NCBI GenBank assembly: GCA_027459745.1
Contig: DAIDHL010000001.1
Span: forward strand, 13,828 to 77,827
Direction: 5' to 3'
DNA: 64,000 bases
Source of the DNA: Candidatus Levyibacteriota bacterium
GTDB taxonomy: Bacteria > Patescibacteriota > Microgenomatia > Levybacterales > UBA12049
Part shown: one piece after another, positions 39,006 through 48,086 of the stretch
How positions within the stretch are numbered: position 1 is the stretch's first letter
Layout of the letters: every line of letters starts with the position of its first letter
Made by a program: the position numbers and the translations under genes
Notes under the pieces: model-generated
Database searches by the model: none
Seen by the model: the letters and a program-made list of their open reading frames with translations, nothing else
What the model was told of the DNA's origin: nothing

Positions 39006-40065
39006 GGTAAATAAGTGGGGAGGAGCAGAAAGAGTGCTTCTTGCGCTGCACAAAATGTTTCCTGATGCTCCTCTTTATACATCAGTATATAGTCCTCGTT
39101 CAGCTACTTGGGCAAGTGTATTTAAAGTACATACATCTTTTTTACAGAGAATTCCGGTTATTCGCCGTAGACATGAATTAGTGCCATTTTTAATGCCAAT
39201 AGCTTTTGAGCAATTTAACTTCAGTAAATACGATTTAGTAATTTCTATAACCAGTGAGGCAGCAAAGGGGATCATTACGAATGGTAAAACCAAACATTTA
39301 TGTTACTGTCTAACTCCTACCAGATATTTATGGGGCGGTTACGAAACATATTTTTCTAGTCAAACCTTTAAGTTTCTAACAAAGCCAGCGGTTAATTATC
39401 TTAGAAATTGGGATAAGATTGCGAGTAGTAGACCGGATAAGATTGTTGCTATCTCCAAAGAAATACAATCCCAGATAAAAACATTTTACAAGCGGGAAGC
39501 TGATGTCATTTATCCTCCTTTGCTGCTTAATGAATTGAACAAAAAACGGCGTTCAAGTAGTACAAAAGAACAGCCTTATTTATTAATAGTGTCCCGCTTA
39601 GTGAATTATAAAAAGATTGATTTAGCCATAAAGGCTTGTAATCTGTTAAGATTACCATTATATATAATAGGTACAGGTAATGACTATTATAGATTACAGC
39701 TTATGTCAGGACCAACAATTAAATTTTTAGGCTCCTTGCCTGATGATGATATGATAGCTTATTACAAGAATTGTCGTGGCTTTATATTCCCAGGCAAAGA
39801 AGATTTCGGTTTGACAGCTTTGGAAGCACAATATTTCGGTAAGCCTGTTTTAGCTTATAATAAAGGTGGGGTAACAGAAACAGTCATTGATGGGAAAACT
39901 GGGATGTTTTTTAATGAATTAACTGTAGAGTCGCTAGCTGATGCGTTGACGAAATTTGTTAACTTCCGTTATAATCCAGATATCTGTAGAAAACAAGCGG
40001 AAAAATTTAGCTTAGAACGCTTTGAGAATGAATTTAACCGGGCAGTACATAGTTTAATTATATGA
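38980..40065 (+). CDS. Glycosyltransferase family 4 (GT-B).
   Basis: N-terminal KVALVYDRVNKWGGAERVLLAL and C-terminal EDFGLTALEAQYFGKPVLAYNKGGVTETV. Confidence 0.75.
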   Translation: MKVALVYDRVNKWGGAERVLLALHKMFPDAPLYTSVYSPRSATWASVFKVHTSFLQRIPVIRRRHELVPFLMPIAFEQFNFSKYDLVISITSEAAKGIITNGKTKHLCYCLTPTRYLWGGYETYFSSQTFKFLTKPAVNYLRNWDKIASSRPDKIVAISKEIQSQIKTFYKREADVIYPPLLLNELNKKRRSSSTKEQPYLLIVSRLVNYKKIDLAIKACNLLRLPLYIIGTGNDYYRLQLMSGPTIKFLGSLPDDDMIAYYKNCRGFIFPGKEDFGLTALEAQYFGKPVLAYNKGGVTETVIDGKTGMFFNELTVESLADALTKFVNFRYNPDICRKQAEKFSLERFENEFNRAVHSLII

Positions 40066-41147
40066 AAATTATTGTTTTTGCTGGTGGTGTAGGATCAAGA
40101 TTATGGCCTTTATCTCGTAAAAATACTCCGAAACAGTTCGGTAAAATTATTCAGGATCGTTCAATGTTACAAATAGCCGTGCATAAACTTTTTCCTGGTT
40201 TTGAGTGGAAAGACATTTATATTTCAACCGGTGAGCGTTATCAAGATATTATTAAGGAGCAATTGCCACTGTTGAACAAAGAAAATATAATTGTTGAGCC
40301 AGAAATGAGAGATGTGGGTCCAGCAGTTGGACTGGTTATCTCCAGATTAGTAAAAACTCATCCTGATGAACCAATAGTTCTGCTTTGGGGTAGCGATCAT
40401 TTAGTTAAAGAAGAAGCTAAATTTAGAAAAATTTTGAAAGCGGCAGGTAAGTTAATAGAACAAAAGCCGGATCGTATAGTCTTCATTGGACAAAAGCCTC
40501 GATATGGAAATCAAAATGTAGGATATATTGAATTTGGTGAAGAAATGAATAAGGCAGATGATTTTAATGTCTATAAATTTACAGGCTTCCAATATAGTCC
40601 ACCTTTGGAGATTGCACAAAAATATTCCACAGATGGTAAACACGCGTGGAATCTGGGATATTTTGCTACTACTCCTAAATTTTTATGGAAACTATTTGAA
40701 TCACTTGCTCCTGAGATCTTTGCAAAATTAAAAGTAATTCATGATGCATATGGCACTGAAAATTATGAACAAGTGTTGAAAGATGTTTATTCAACCATTG
40801 AGAAAATTTCTTTTGATAACGCTATTTTAGAAAAAATGGACACCAAATATGGTTGTGTAATTTCAGAAGATATAGGATGGAGTGATATTGGTGCCTGGGA
40901 AGCGATGAAAGAAGCTTTAAGCGATACTGTTGATGCTAACGTTACTAAAGGCAAGGTTATTCTTGAAGACTGCAAGGACTCTATTGTTCATAATGAAACA
41001 GGGCAACTAATTGTAGGTATAGATCTAGAAGGTCTTGTGGCAGTAAGTACGAATGATGTGATTTTAATTTGTCCTAAAGAGTCAGTTCCAAAAATTAAGA
41101 AGTTTGTTGCTAGTTTAAAAGGAACGGAGCATGAGAATCTTACATGA
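40062..41147 (+). CDS. manC: Mannose-1-phosphate guanylyltransferase (GDP-mannose pyrophosphorylase), nucleotidyltransferase domain only.
   Basis: MKIIVFAGGVGSRLWPLSRKNTPKQF N-terminal signature of ManC/CpsB-type NTP-transferases. There is no PMI cupin domain. Confidence 0.75.
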   Translation: MKIIVFAGGVGSRLWPLSRKNTPKQFGKIIQDRSMLQIAVHKLFPGFEWKDIYISTGERYQDIIKEQLPLLNKENIIVEPEMRDVGPAVGLVISRLVKTHPDEPIVLLWGSDHLVKEEAKFRKILKAAGKLIEQKPDRIVFIGQKPRYGNQNVGYIEFGEEMNKADDFNVYKFTGFQYSPPLEIAQKYSTDGKHAWNLGYFATTPKFLWKLFESLAPEIFAKLKVIHDAYGTENYEQVLKDVYSTIEKISFDNAILEKMDTKYGCVISEDIGWSDIGAWEAMKEALSDTVDANVTKGKVILEDCKDSIVHNETGQLIVGIDLEGLVAVSTNDVILICPKESVPKIKKFVASLKGTEHENLT

Positions 41148-41815
41148 TGCCAACAGAAGAACTTAATCAATTTAGGGTTTATAATTTCATTAAAAGATTA
41201 ATGGATATAATTTTATCGATTATTCTATTAATAATTTTTTCACCTATAATACTAATTGTCGCATTAATAATAAAAATTGATTCTGAGGGACCAATTTTTG
41301 CAGATACTCCTAAAAGAGTGGGCAAAAATGGAGAAAGATTTTATCCTTATAAATTTCGCTCCATGATAACGAATGCTTATTATTTACTTAAGACAGATCC
41401 TAAATTTCGTAAGGCCTATGAGGAACAACAAAAAGGTGGAAATTATAAAATAAAGGATGATCCCAGAATTACGAAAATTGGCAAGTTTATCCGAAAATAT
41501 TCTCTGGATGAAGTGCCACAATTAGTAAACGTTTTAAAAGGAGACATGAGTCTAGTTGGTCCACGCCCATATTATCCGGAAGAATTAGAGAAACAGCAAA
41601 AACGTTATCCGGAAACTAAAGAGTTGGTAAGAGAAGTGTTATCTGTAAAGCCAGGTGTGACTGGATATTGGCAGGTTTCGGGGCGAAGTATGTTAAATTT
41701 TGATAAACGAATTAGTATGGATGCTGAGTATGCTCGTCGTAAATCAATTATTTACGATTTTTTTATCATACTTAAAACTCCGTGGGCTATGATTTCTGGG
41801 AAAAATGCCTTATAG
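41144..41815 (+). CDS. Polyprenyl-phosphate sugar-phosphate transferase (monotopic PGT, PglC/WbaP C-domain type), the initiating glycosyltransferase.
   Basis: Single N-terminal hydrophobic helix followed by the Bac_transf motifs KFRSM and DEVPQLVNVLKGDMSLVGPRP. Confidence 0.85.
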   Translation: MMPTEELNQFRVYNFIKRLMDIILSIILLIIFSPIILIVALIIKIDSEGPIFADTPKRVGKNGERFYPYKFRSMITNAYYLLKTDPKFRKAYEEQQKGGNYKIKDDPRITKIGKFIRKYSLDEVPQLVNVLKGDMSLVGPRPYYPEELEKQQKRYPETKELVREVLSVKPGVTGYWQVSGRSMLNFDKRISMDAEYARRKSIIYDFFIILKTPWAMISGKNAL

Positions 41816-41866
41816 AGTCAGAGTATATATTTGTGTGACGTGTCAAGTTGACAAGTTACACCTCGG

Positions 41867-43846
41867 TTGAGTAATATTATTACTGTAATGGATGGATTTA
41901 AGAAAATTGATTTTGCAGATAAAAAAGTTTTAGAGAAGCATGGTCTGTCTCCTGTTTCTCCGCAGCCTATGAGGACTAAAAGAACAAGTAAGAATTGGAA
42001 GAAAAAAGTTGGTGTAGGTGTAACTATTTTGGCAGTTGTTGTAATGATACTTATATTTGCAGTTGTAATTCCTGTAAAAAATCTTATTTCTTCTGCAAAA
42101 ATAACAAAAGCTTCGCTAACAGCTTTTTATGCTGCAGTTAAATCCCAGAATATTGATGATGCAGATAATCAATTACAACAAAGTAAAGCCGCTATGGCAG
42201 ATACAGCCCAAAAGCTAAATGCGATGGGTTATCTACAATTTGTCCCGATTGCCAATATGTACTATTCTGATGCTCAGCATGGTATGAAAGCAGGTACTGC
42301 AGCTTTGGATACCGCACAAGTAGTTATTAATGATTTAAAACCCTATGCGGATTTATTAGGCCTGAAGGGAAAAGGAAGTTTTGTGGGGGGGTCAGCAGCA
42401 TCACGCATTTCTACTGCAGTTCTTACATTGGGGAAGATTACTCCGGACATAGGTAATATTGCTACTAAGTTGGATCAGGTTAAGTCAGAAGTAGATGCTA
42501 TTGATCCTAATCATTATCCTGCTTGGTTATTTGGTAAGACAATTGGAGCAGATATCTCTCAAGCTCAGACTTATGTAGATGAAGGGGTAGTCGCAGTTAA
42601 CCAAGCCAGGCCATTTATTACAGAACTTCCTGCCTTACTAGGTGAAAATAGTCCACAAAAATACTTTATTATTTTCCAAAACGATAAAGAGCTTCGTCCG
42701 GGTGGAGGATTTATGACTGGATATTCAATTTTTTCTCTGGACAAGGGAGTGATAACCCCTGAAACATCATCTGATATTTATCCTTTGGATGACTCAATAG
42801 CAAATAAACCGGCTGCTCCAGCACCATTAGTTGAATATTTACATTTAACTGATCCCGTATATAACCTTCGTGATTCAAATCTCTCACCTGATTTTTTGAC
42901 CAATATAGACTTGTTCAAGCAAATGTATGCAAAATCATCTAGTTATCAGCCGGTAGATGGATATATCGCTATTGATACGTATGTATTAACATCCACGATT
43001 AAAATATTGGATAATTCTGTTTATGCAAATGGTATAGAATTTACTACTAACAATGATCCAAGATGTGATTGTCCCCAGGTTATCTACCAGCTAGAAAATG
43101 ATATTTCCCGTCCTGTTAACTATTTGAGAACGGACAGAAAAAGTTTGTTGGGTGCATTGTTGGTGTCTATTATGCAAAAATCCTTGCAATCTTCACCAAA
43201 GAAGTATTGGGGTCCTCTATTCCAATCCATGATTACTTTAACTTCTCAGAAGCATATCTTGTTCGATTTGAATGATGTTCAGGCGCAAAAAGGGTTAGAA
43301 GCCTTGAATGCAGCAGGTCAAATATTGCCGTTTAATGGAGATTATTTGTCAGTTAATGATGCTAATTTTGGAGGGGATAAGGCTAATTTATATACAAAGG
43401 AGGCAGTAGAAAGTGACTATACAATTGGCTCAGATGGTACAATTACGAAAACTGTTACACTTAACTATACCAATAATCATGCCCCTTCAAATTGCAGTCT
43501 TGCCAGTGGCGGGTTGTGCTTGAATTCAGACTTGAGAGACTGGATAAGAATTTATGTCCCACAGGGTAGTCAGCTGGTATCAAATACCGGATCACAAGTT
43601 ACAATGAAGACTTATAACCAACTTGGCAAGACAGTGTTTGAAGGTTATACAGATATCAGACCATTGGGTAAAGCTACCTTGTCAGTAACGTATAAGTTAC
43701 CTTTCAAGTTACAAAATGGATCGTCATTACCATTGATGATTCAAAAACAAGCAGGAACTGACGGTAACGAATATACAATTGTTTATAACGGACGACAAAT
43801 AGATCAATTCCCCTTGTTAACTGATAGAACTTTACAATTGAAGTAG
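41867..43846 (+). CDS. Hypothetical membrane-anchored extracytoplasmic protein (659 aa).
   Basis: N-terminal TM (VGVGVTILAVVVMILIFAVVI) followed by a large hydrophilic domain. It sits at the 3' edge of the glycan cluster. Confidence 0.4.
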   Translation: MSNIITVMDGFKKIDFADKKVLEKHGLSPVSPQPMRTKRTSKNWKKKVGVGVTILAVVVMILIFAVVIPVKNLISSAKITKASLTAFYAAVKSQNIDDADNQLQQSKAAMADTAQKLNAMGYLQFVPIANMYYSDAQHGMKAGTAALDTAQVVINDLKPYADLLGLKGKGSFVGGSAASRISTAVLTLGKITPDIGNIATKLDQVKSEVDAIDPNHYPAWLFGKTIGADISQAQTYVDEGVVAVNQARPFITELPALLGENSPQKYFIIFQNDKELRPGGGFMTGYSIFSLDKGVITPETSSDIYPLDDSIANKPAAPAPLVEYLHLTDPVYNLRDSNLSPDFLTNIDLFKQMYAKSSSYQPVDGYIAIDTYVLTSTIKILDNSVYANGIEFTTNNDPRCDCPQVIYQLENDISRPVNYLRTDRKSLLGALLVSIMQKSLQSSPKKYWGPLFQSMITLTSQKHILFDLNDVQAQKGLEALNAAGQILPFNGDYLSVNDANFGGDKANLYTKEAVESDYTIGSDGTITKTVTLNYTNNHAPSNCSLASGGLCLNSDLRDWIRIYVPQGSQLVSNTGSQVTMKTYNQLGKTVFEGYTDIRPLGKATLSVTYKLPFKLQNGSSLPLMIQKQAGTDGNEYTIVYNGRQIDQFPLLTDRTLQLK

Positions 43847-43885
43847 ATAATTTTTTTAGTCTTGCACAAAAATCTATTTAGATTT

Positions 43886-43897
43886 AAAAGGCCTTTT
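43886..43897. terminator. Short palindrome AAAAGGCCTTTT between convergent genes: a weak candidate bidirectional terminator.
   Basis: Perfect 12-nt palindrome flanked by A/T runs in the 68-nt gap between the converging ORFs at 41867(+) and 43915(-). The stem is short, so support is weak. Confidence 0.25.
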
Positions 43898-43914
43898 TTA
43901 TCTTACAAAATATT

Positions 43915-45306
43915 TTAATTGCCAAACCATGTCCACGAAGGGGTACCTGAATAGGTAAGTGTAATAGATTGTCCTGCTGGTACATAAAAAGAACCAGCAG
44001 TACTTAACCCTGTAGATTGTCCTCCAATGGCAACTCCTGTTATGGTTCCTCCGAAGAGGGTAACAAAGGCATCAAAACCAAAGTTGTTAGTGTATGCAGT
44101 TCCAGAGGCGGGAATTGCTGGTTGAGCAGGTGAGGTGAAATATCCCACGGGGTTAAATCCTTTGTTATCCTTTATTATATGTCCGGTGCCAGTACCTAAT
44201 TGAATCGCACCGCTACTCCAGGAACCACTGTCGGTACTAAAGTTGTTGCCTAGGATCATTATGTTGGTTGGAGTGCCGGAGGTTAAGTTTACACAGCTTC
44301 TTCCACTGCCGCCAGGGTTAAATTGGTTTCCTTGAATTAGAGTTTCAGAAATATTATCAGGTAATATTCCGTCGGCTGTTCCATGTGCACCTACATTATA
44401 GAAAATGTTACCTTGAATAATAATTCTATTTCCATTTAATCTTATATTTTCAGTACCCCCGACTCCATCAAAAGTACAACCAATAATTTTACCATTATCG
44501 CCTTGTATCTTAATACCTCTTCCATAAGTGCTATATATTGGGCCGACGAATACACAGTTCATATAGCTATTTAGTCCTGTCAAATCCACTATATGGAAAG
44601 ATCTATCAGTGTGTACTCCTCCCAGACCATTATTCTCAAAGTCACTGTTTAGTATCATATTTTCATCACTAGCATCAATTTGTAAACCGATTCCATCCCC
44701 TTCGTTACTAGATATACCATTATCAAATAGACAATTTACTACCCGATTGTGATGACCTGTACCTGAGTTGCCATCTTGAGATATATGAAGTCCTGCCCCC
44801 CAGGGATTGGTAAAATGACAATGATCCCACAAACATTGGATTGCTCCGTAAGCATAAAATATATCTCCGGCAGTTTGATTAGCGCCTTGTCCATCGAATA
44901 TGAGATTAGAAAAAAGCGCTCCTACTATGCCTTTACCAGCGGCTGGAGTAAATTGAATTAAATTGTCGTTTAAGGAAGCTTTAGCAATAATTTTTGCACC
45001 CATTCCATCAGCTGTACCCCAGCCTCCTTGTCCCATAACTCTAATAGAGTCTGAGATAGTAATTTTAGAACAGAGGTATTTACCATTGGGTAAAAATAAA
45101 GTTCCACCACTTGCAACGGCAGCGTTTACTGCATTTTGTAGGGCTGTTGTATCATCAGTAGTGCCATCTCCCACTACCCCATAATCTTTAGCATTGATGA
45201 AAAGATTTTTTAGTGTCCCATCTGAATTATGAGAAATTGCAAGAAAACTATTGAGAACATTGCCCCAATTTCCATCATCTCCTCCAACTGTAGGTAATCT
45301 AGCCAT
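43915..45306 (-). CDS. Right-handed parallel beta-helix protein of the pectate-lyase-3 / phage-tailspike-like superfamily: a candidate polysaccharide depolymerase or surface protein.
   Basis: AKDYGVVGDGTTDDTTALQNAVNAA is the hallmark Pectate_lyase_3 motif. Numerous G/N/D-rich beta-helix rungs follow (NCLFDNG, ILNSDFENNG, IQGNIFYNVG, LGNNFS). There is no signal peptide. The gene is visibly more GC-rich than its neighbours. Confidence 0.6.
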   Translation of the reverse strand: MARLPTVGGDDGNWGNVLNSFLAISHNSDGTLKNLFINAKDYGVVGDGTTDDTTALQNAVNAAVASGGTLFLPNGKYLCSKITISDSIRVMGQGGWGTADGMGAKIIAKASLNDNLIQFTPAAGKGIVGALFSNLIFDGQGANQTAGDIFYAYGAIQCLWDHCHFTNPWGAGLHISQDGNSGTGHHNRVVNCLFDNGISSNEGDGIGLQIDASDENMILNSDFENNGLGGVHTDRSFHIVDLTGLNSYMNCVFVGPIYSTYGRGIKIQGDNGKIIGCTFDGVGGTENIRLNGNRIIIQGNIFYNVGAHGTADGILPDNISETLIQGNQFNPGGSGRSCVNLTSGTPTNIMILGNNFSTDSGSWSSGAIQLGTGTGHIIKDNKGFNPVGYFTSPAQPAIPASGTAYTNNFGFDAFVTLFGGTITGVAIGGQSTGLSTAGSFYVPAGQSITLTYSGTPSWTWFGN

Positions 45307-45320
45307 AATGTTATAAAAAA

Positions 45321-45497
45321 TTATCTTCCGTAAGGACCTGAACCAAACCCTTGTTCTGTTTTAGTTTGAGAAATAGAGTTTAAGGATTTAATAATGCCTG
45401 AAATTCCGGTTATGGTAATAATAAATAATCCAATGAGAAGCAGAAATTCTTTTCTGGTAACTTCTTTTTGAAGAAAATTATTATTGAGGAAATTCAT
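45321..45497 (-). CDS. Small ORF (58 aa) with one hydrophobic helix preceded by TRKEFLL, a twin-arginine-like motif. It is uncertain whether this is a real gene.
   Basis: ATG at 45497, stop at 45321-45323, not in the supplied ORF track because it is under 60 aa. Translation: MNFLNNNFLQKEVTRKEFLLLIGLFIITITGISGIIKSLNSISQTKTEQGFGSGPYGR. It lies between tatC and the beta-helix gene. Confidence 0.2.
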   Translation of the reverse strand: MNFLNNNFLQKEVTRKEFLLLIGLFIITITGISGIIKSLNSISQTKTEQGFGSGPYGR

Positions 45498-45548
45498 AGC
45501 TATAAAAAGTATAGACAGAAATATTGTCGTATTTCAAGGTCTGCTATA

Positions 45549-46304
45549 TTAGAGATTGCCAGCCTGTTTGTTAAAAAAATAAATGATGACTACTGAAAGA
45601 TAAAATAAAATAATCAAAGGTATTGCCATAATAGTTTGGTCTATAGGATCTAGAGTAAAAATAGCCGAGACTACAAAACAAGCCACAATTAAATGTCTCT
45701 GATATTTTAAAAGAACATTTATTTTTAGAGGCAAAACAAAATTTATTAATATTAAGACAACTGGCAGCTGAAATAGTATAGATATGCCTATGAAATATTG
45801 CATCACAAAAGATAAATATTCATTGCTGGAAATTAATGGGTGCAGTTGGCCATTATTGAACAAATTAAAAAAATGTAGAGTAGCGGGAAGGCTTACTAAA
45901 TATGAAAAACTAAGTCCACAAATTAATAAAAAAACAGAAAGAAACATTAAAAAAAATATTGCTTTACCTATTTGTAAAGAAAATGTTGGTTGTATAAATT
46001 TAAAAATTTGATATACCAGTATAGGTAAAGAAATAATAAAACCAAAGATAACTGAAACTTGAAAGGCAAAATTCAGACCTCCCACGGGTGATGTGTAATA
46101 TAATGGCTCATTTAATGGGGTTATAAGAAATTTAATAAGAGTGCGATAAAAGTAAAAACCTAGGCACGTACATAAAAATAATGACAATAACCACCAAAGC
46201 AATCTGGAACGCAATTCTAATAAATGACTGTTAATTGAATTTTTTTTCGGAAGAGGATTATCTCGATTTAGTTTTTTTCTTTTTTGTGACTGATTTTTTT
46301 TCAT
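45549..46304 (-). CDS. tatC: Sec-independent protein translocase TatC. The annotated start overlaps tatA by 47 nt, so the true start may be downstream.
   Basis: HLLELRSRLLWWLLSLF is the conserved N-terminal TatC motif. Six TM helices in about 250 aa. Confidence 0.85.
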   Translation of the reverse strand: MKKNQSQKRKKLNRDNPLPKKNSINSHLLELRSRLLWWLLSLFLCTCLGFYFYRTLIKFLITPLNEPLYYTSPVGGLNFAFQVSVIFGFIISLPILVYQIFKFIQPTFSLQIGKAIFFLMFLSVFLLICGLSFSYLVSLPATLHFFNLFNNGQLHPLISSNEYLSFVMQYFIGISILFQLPVVLILINFVLPLKINVLLKYQRHLIVACFVVSAIFTLDPIDQTIMAIPLIILFYLSVVIIYFFNKQAGNL

Positions 46305-46461
46305 TGGTTAAATTCTCATCAGTTTTTTCATTCAGTCCTTTTCTAAATTCTTTTAAAGCTTCTCCCAAACCTCGAGAAATTTCTGAAATTCTTTTTCCTC
46401 CGAAAAGAAGCAATAAAATTAATAAAATTAAAAGTAACTCTTCAAATCTTAGTCCAAACAT
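46258..46461 (-). CDS. tatA: Sec-independent translocase TatA/E.
   Basis: MFGLRFEELLLILLILLLLFGGKRISEISRGLGEALKEFRKGL is the classic TatA architecture: a TM helix, a hinge FGxK and an amphipathic helix. Confidence 0.85.
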   Translation of the reverse strand: MFGLRFEELLLILLILLLLFGGKRISEISRGLGEALKEFRKGLNEKTDENLTNEKKSVTKKKKTKSR

Positions 46462-46526
46462 AAGCTTGCAATATTTCTTATCACATTATATGCTGGTATA
46501 TATCCCTCGTGCAATAGGTAATTGTT

Positions 46527-47315
46527 TTGACAAATAATATGTTAATTCTACAAAAAGTTAAAAGAACAATATTTATTTTATTTTACATAATCGTCTTAAC
46601 AACATTTACGCAACAAAATGTTTTTGCGTCTACATACGGTTCCGGAAACTATGGCTCAAGTATTTATAATAATGGATCATCAAATTCATCTGCCAGTTCG
46701 GGATCTTCTTCCTCTAGTGGAGGAAGTTCTGGGAATAATAATCATAGTAACCCCTGTACAAACATTCCGCCTGTTTCTTATCCAGACTTATACGAGATTG
46801 ATATAAAAGGAATCAATGCGACTTTGTACTTAGCACCACCTCCGATGCCTTATTCTAACTATCAAATCAGTTTTGGTAACGGTTCCAAAGATGAAGGATA
46901 TAATGTGACTTTTCCTATGAACAATGCGAAAGGGGCTATAGCCTATACTGTACAGGATTTGCAACCGAATACTAGTTATACATTCAAAGTCAGAGCGTTA
47001 AATGGCTGCATGCCCGGTAAGTGGTCATCAGACTTAGCGGCAAACTCTCAAGGTAAAGATAGTTCTTTTGTAGAGAAATACTATCCTTCTACACCTCCTG
47101 TTATACCATATGTTCCAGTAAAAAATGTGGTCACAACCCAGAGTGGTACTTATCAGAAAGGTTCACCTGCACAGTTTGTTGTACCACCACAACAGAGGCA
47201 GACGGTAACACAAAATGTCCAACCTAAAAATTCTAATTCCACATCTGCCAAGTCATCTGGAGGAAAATCTTGGTGGGGTAGTATTATTAACTTTATCTCA
47301 CATTTTGGACTTTAA
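46527..47315 (+). CDS. Secreted protein with a Ser/Gly-rich low-complexity linker and a fibronectin-III-like domain.
   Basis: Signal-peptide-like N-terminus (IFILFYIIVLTTFTQQNVFAS) followed by SSNSSASSGSSSSSGGSSG. The FN3-like motif is YTVQDLQPNTSYTFKVRALNG. Confidence 0.5.
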   Translation: MTNNMLILQKVKRTIFILFYIIVLTTFTQQNVFASTYGSGNYGSSIYNNGSSNSSASSGSSSSSGGSSGNNNHSNPCTNIPPVSYPDLYEIDIKGINATLYLAPPPMPYSNYQISFGNGSKDEGYNVTFPMNNAKGAIAYTVQDLQPNTSYTFKVRALNGCMPGKWSSDLAANSQGKDSSFVEKYYPSTPPVIPYVPVKNVVTTQSGTYQKGSPAQFVVPPQQRQTVTQNVQPKNSNSTSAKSSGGKSWWGSIINFISHFGL

Positions 47316-47364
47316 GGGGGAATAATTAAGTTAATTATATTATGGAAGTGAATAGTGTTTCCTT

Positions 47365-47910
47365 ATGAAAATTCTTAAAACAGAAGGCATTGTTATTAGA
47401 CGAAGAAATTTTGGTGAAGCGGATAAGCTATTGACTATATTTACTAAATCAAATGGTAAAATTACAGTTAAAGCACCTGGTATTCGCAAAGTAGCTAGTA
47501 GACGCTCACCTCACGTTGAATTATTAAATCGTACAAAATTAACTTTATATACCAATGGCAATATGCCTTTATTATCTGAAGCAGAAATGATATCTGATTA
47601 TAAGTTTATAAAGAATGATTTGTTGAAGGTAGGTTTTGGTTATCATATTTGTGAAGTCATTGATGGTCTATGTCCAGAAAATGAGTACAATGAAGATGTA
47701 TTTACTTTATTAGTGCAAACCTTAGATACGCTTTGTGTTGAAGAAGATACACATGAATTGATAAGGAACTTTGAATTAAGATTACTGGATCTATTGGGTT
47801 TTGCCAATAGACGTATGTGGACAAGTGACTATTTTAATGTACAGGCCTATATAGAGAGTTTGATGGAAAAAAAATTGAAGAGTAAAGATATCTTCTTGAA
47901 TAAACCCTAA
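47365..47910 (+). CDS. recO: DNA repair protein RecO (short form, 181 aa).
   Basis: The N-terminal OB-fold region MKILKTEGIVIRRRNFGEADKLLTIFTKSNGKITVKAPGIRK matches RecO. It lies immediately upstream of glyQS, as in the era-recO-glyQS synteny of Firmicutes. Confidence 0.6.
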   Translation: MKILKTEGIVIRRRNFGEADKLLTIFTKSNGKITVKAPGIRKVASRRSPHVELLNRTKLTLYTNGNMPLLSEAEMISDYKFIKNDLLKVGFGYHICEVIDGLCPENEYNEDVFTLLVQTLDTLCVEEDTHELIRNFELRLLDLLGFANRRMWTSDYFNVQAYIESLMEKKLKSKDIFLNKP

Positions 47911-48086
47911 TATCTTAAGTATATTAATTTGAGTTTCGAAGTACAGATTTCGAAAGTATTTAAAAATTATAAACGCAAAAAATACCGCCCAGACTCTTTA
48001 ATTTATCCCGATTTTGGCTCGTGGATTTTGTTATTTGAGTTTGTATGATGCTTAGATTTTTAGACTTTTTATGATATGATAGACGT

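Noticed and set aside
8056-41815. Interpreting the whole island as a classical O-antigen/LPS cluster.
   Set aside because: No lipid A or core genes, no wzz, and no Kdo pathway are present. The abundance of GT-C-type membrane glycosyltransferases and the polyprenol-P sugar synthase fit better with surface-protein or wall-polymer glycosylation. I described it generically as a cell-envelope glycan island.
45304-45497. Possibility that the 58-aa RK-motif ORF is the frameshift-separated signal peptide of the beta-helix protein.
   Set aside because: I counted the gap explicitly. The small ORF's stop (45321-45323) and the beta-helix ATG (45304-45306) are separated by 14 nt, so the frames differ. 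The beta-helix frame contains stops 19 and 28 codons upstream of its ATG. A simple read-through or fusion is therefore not supported.
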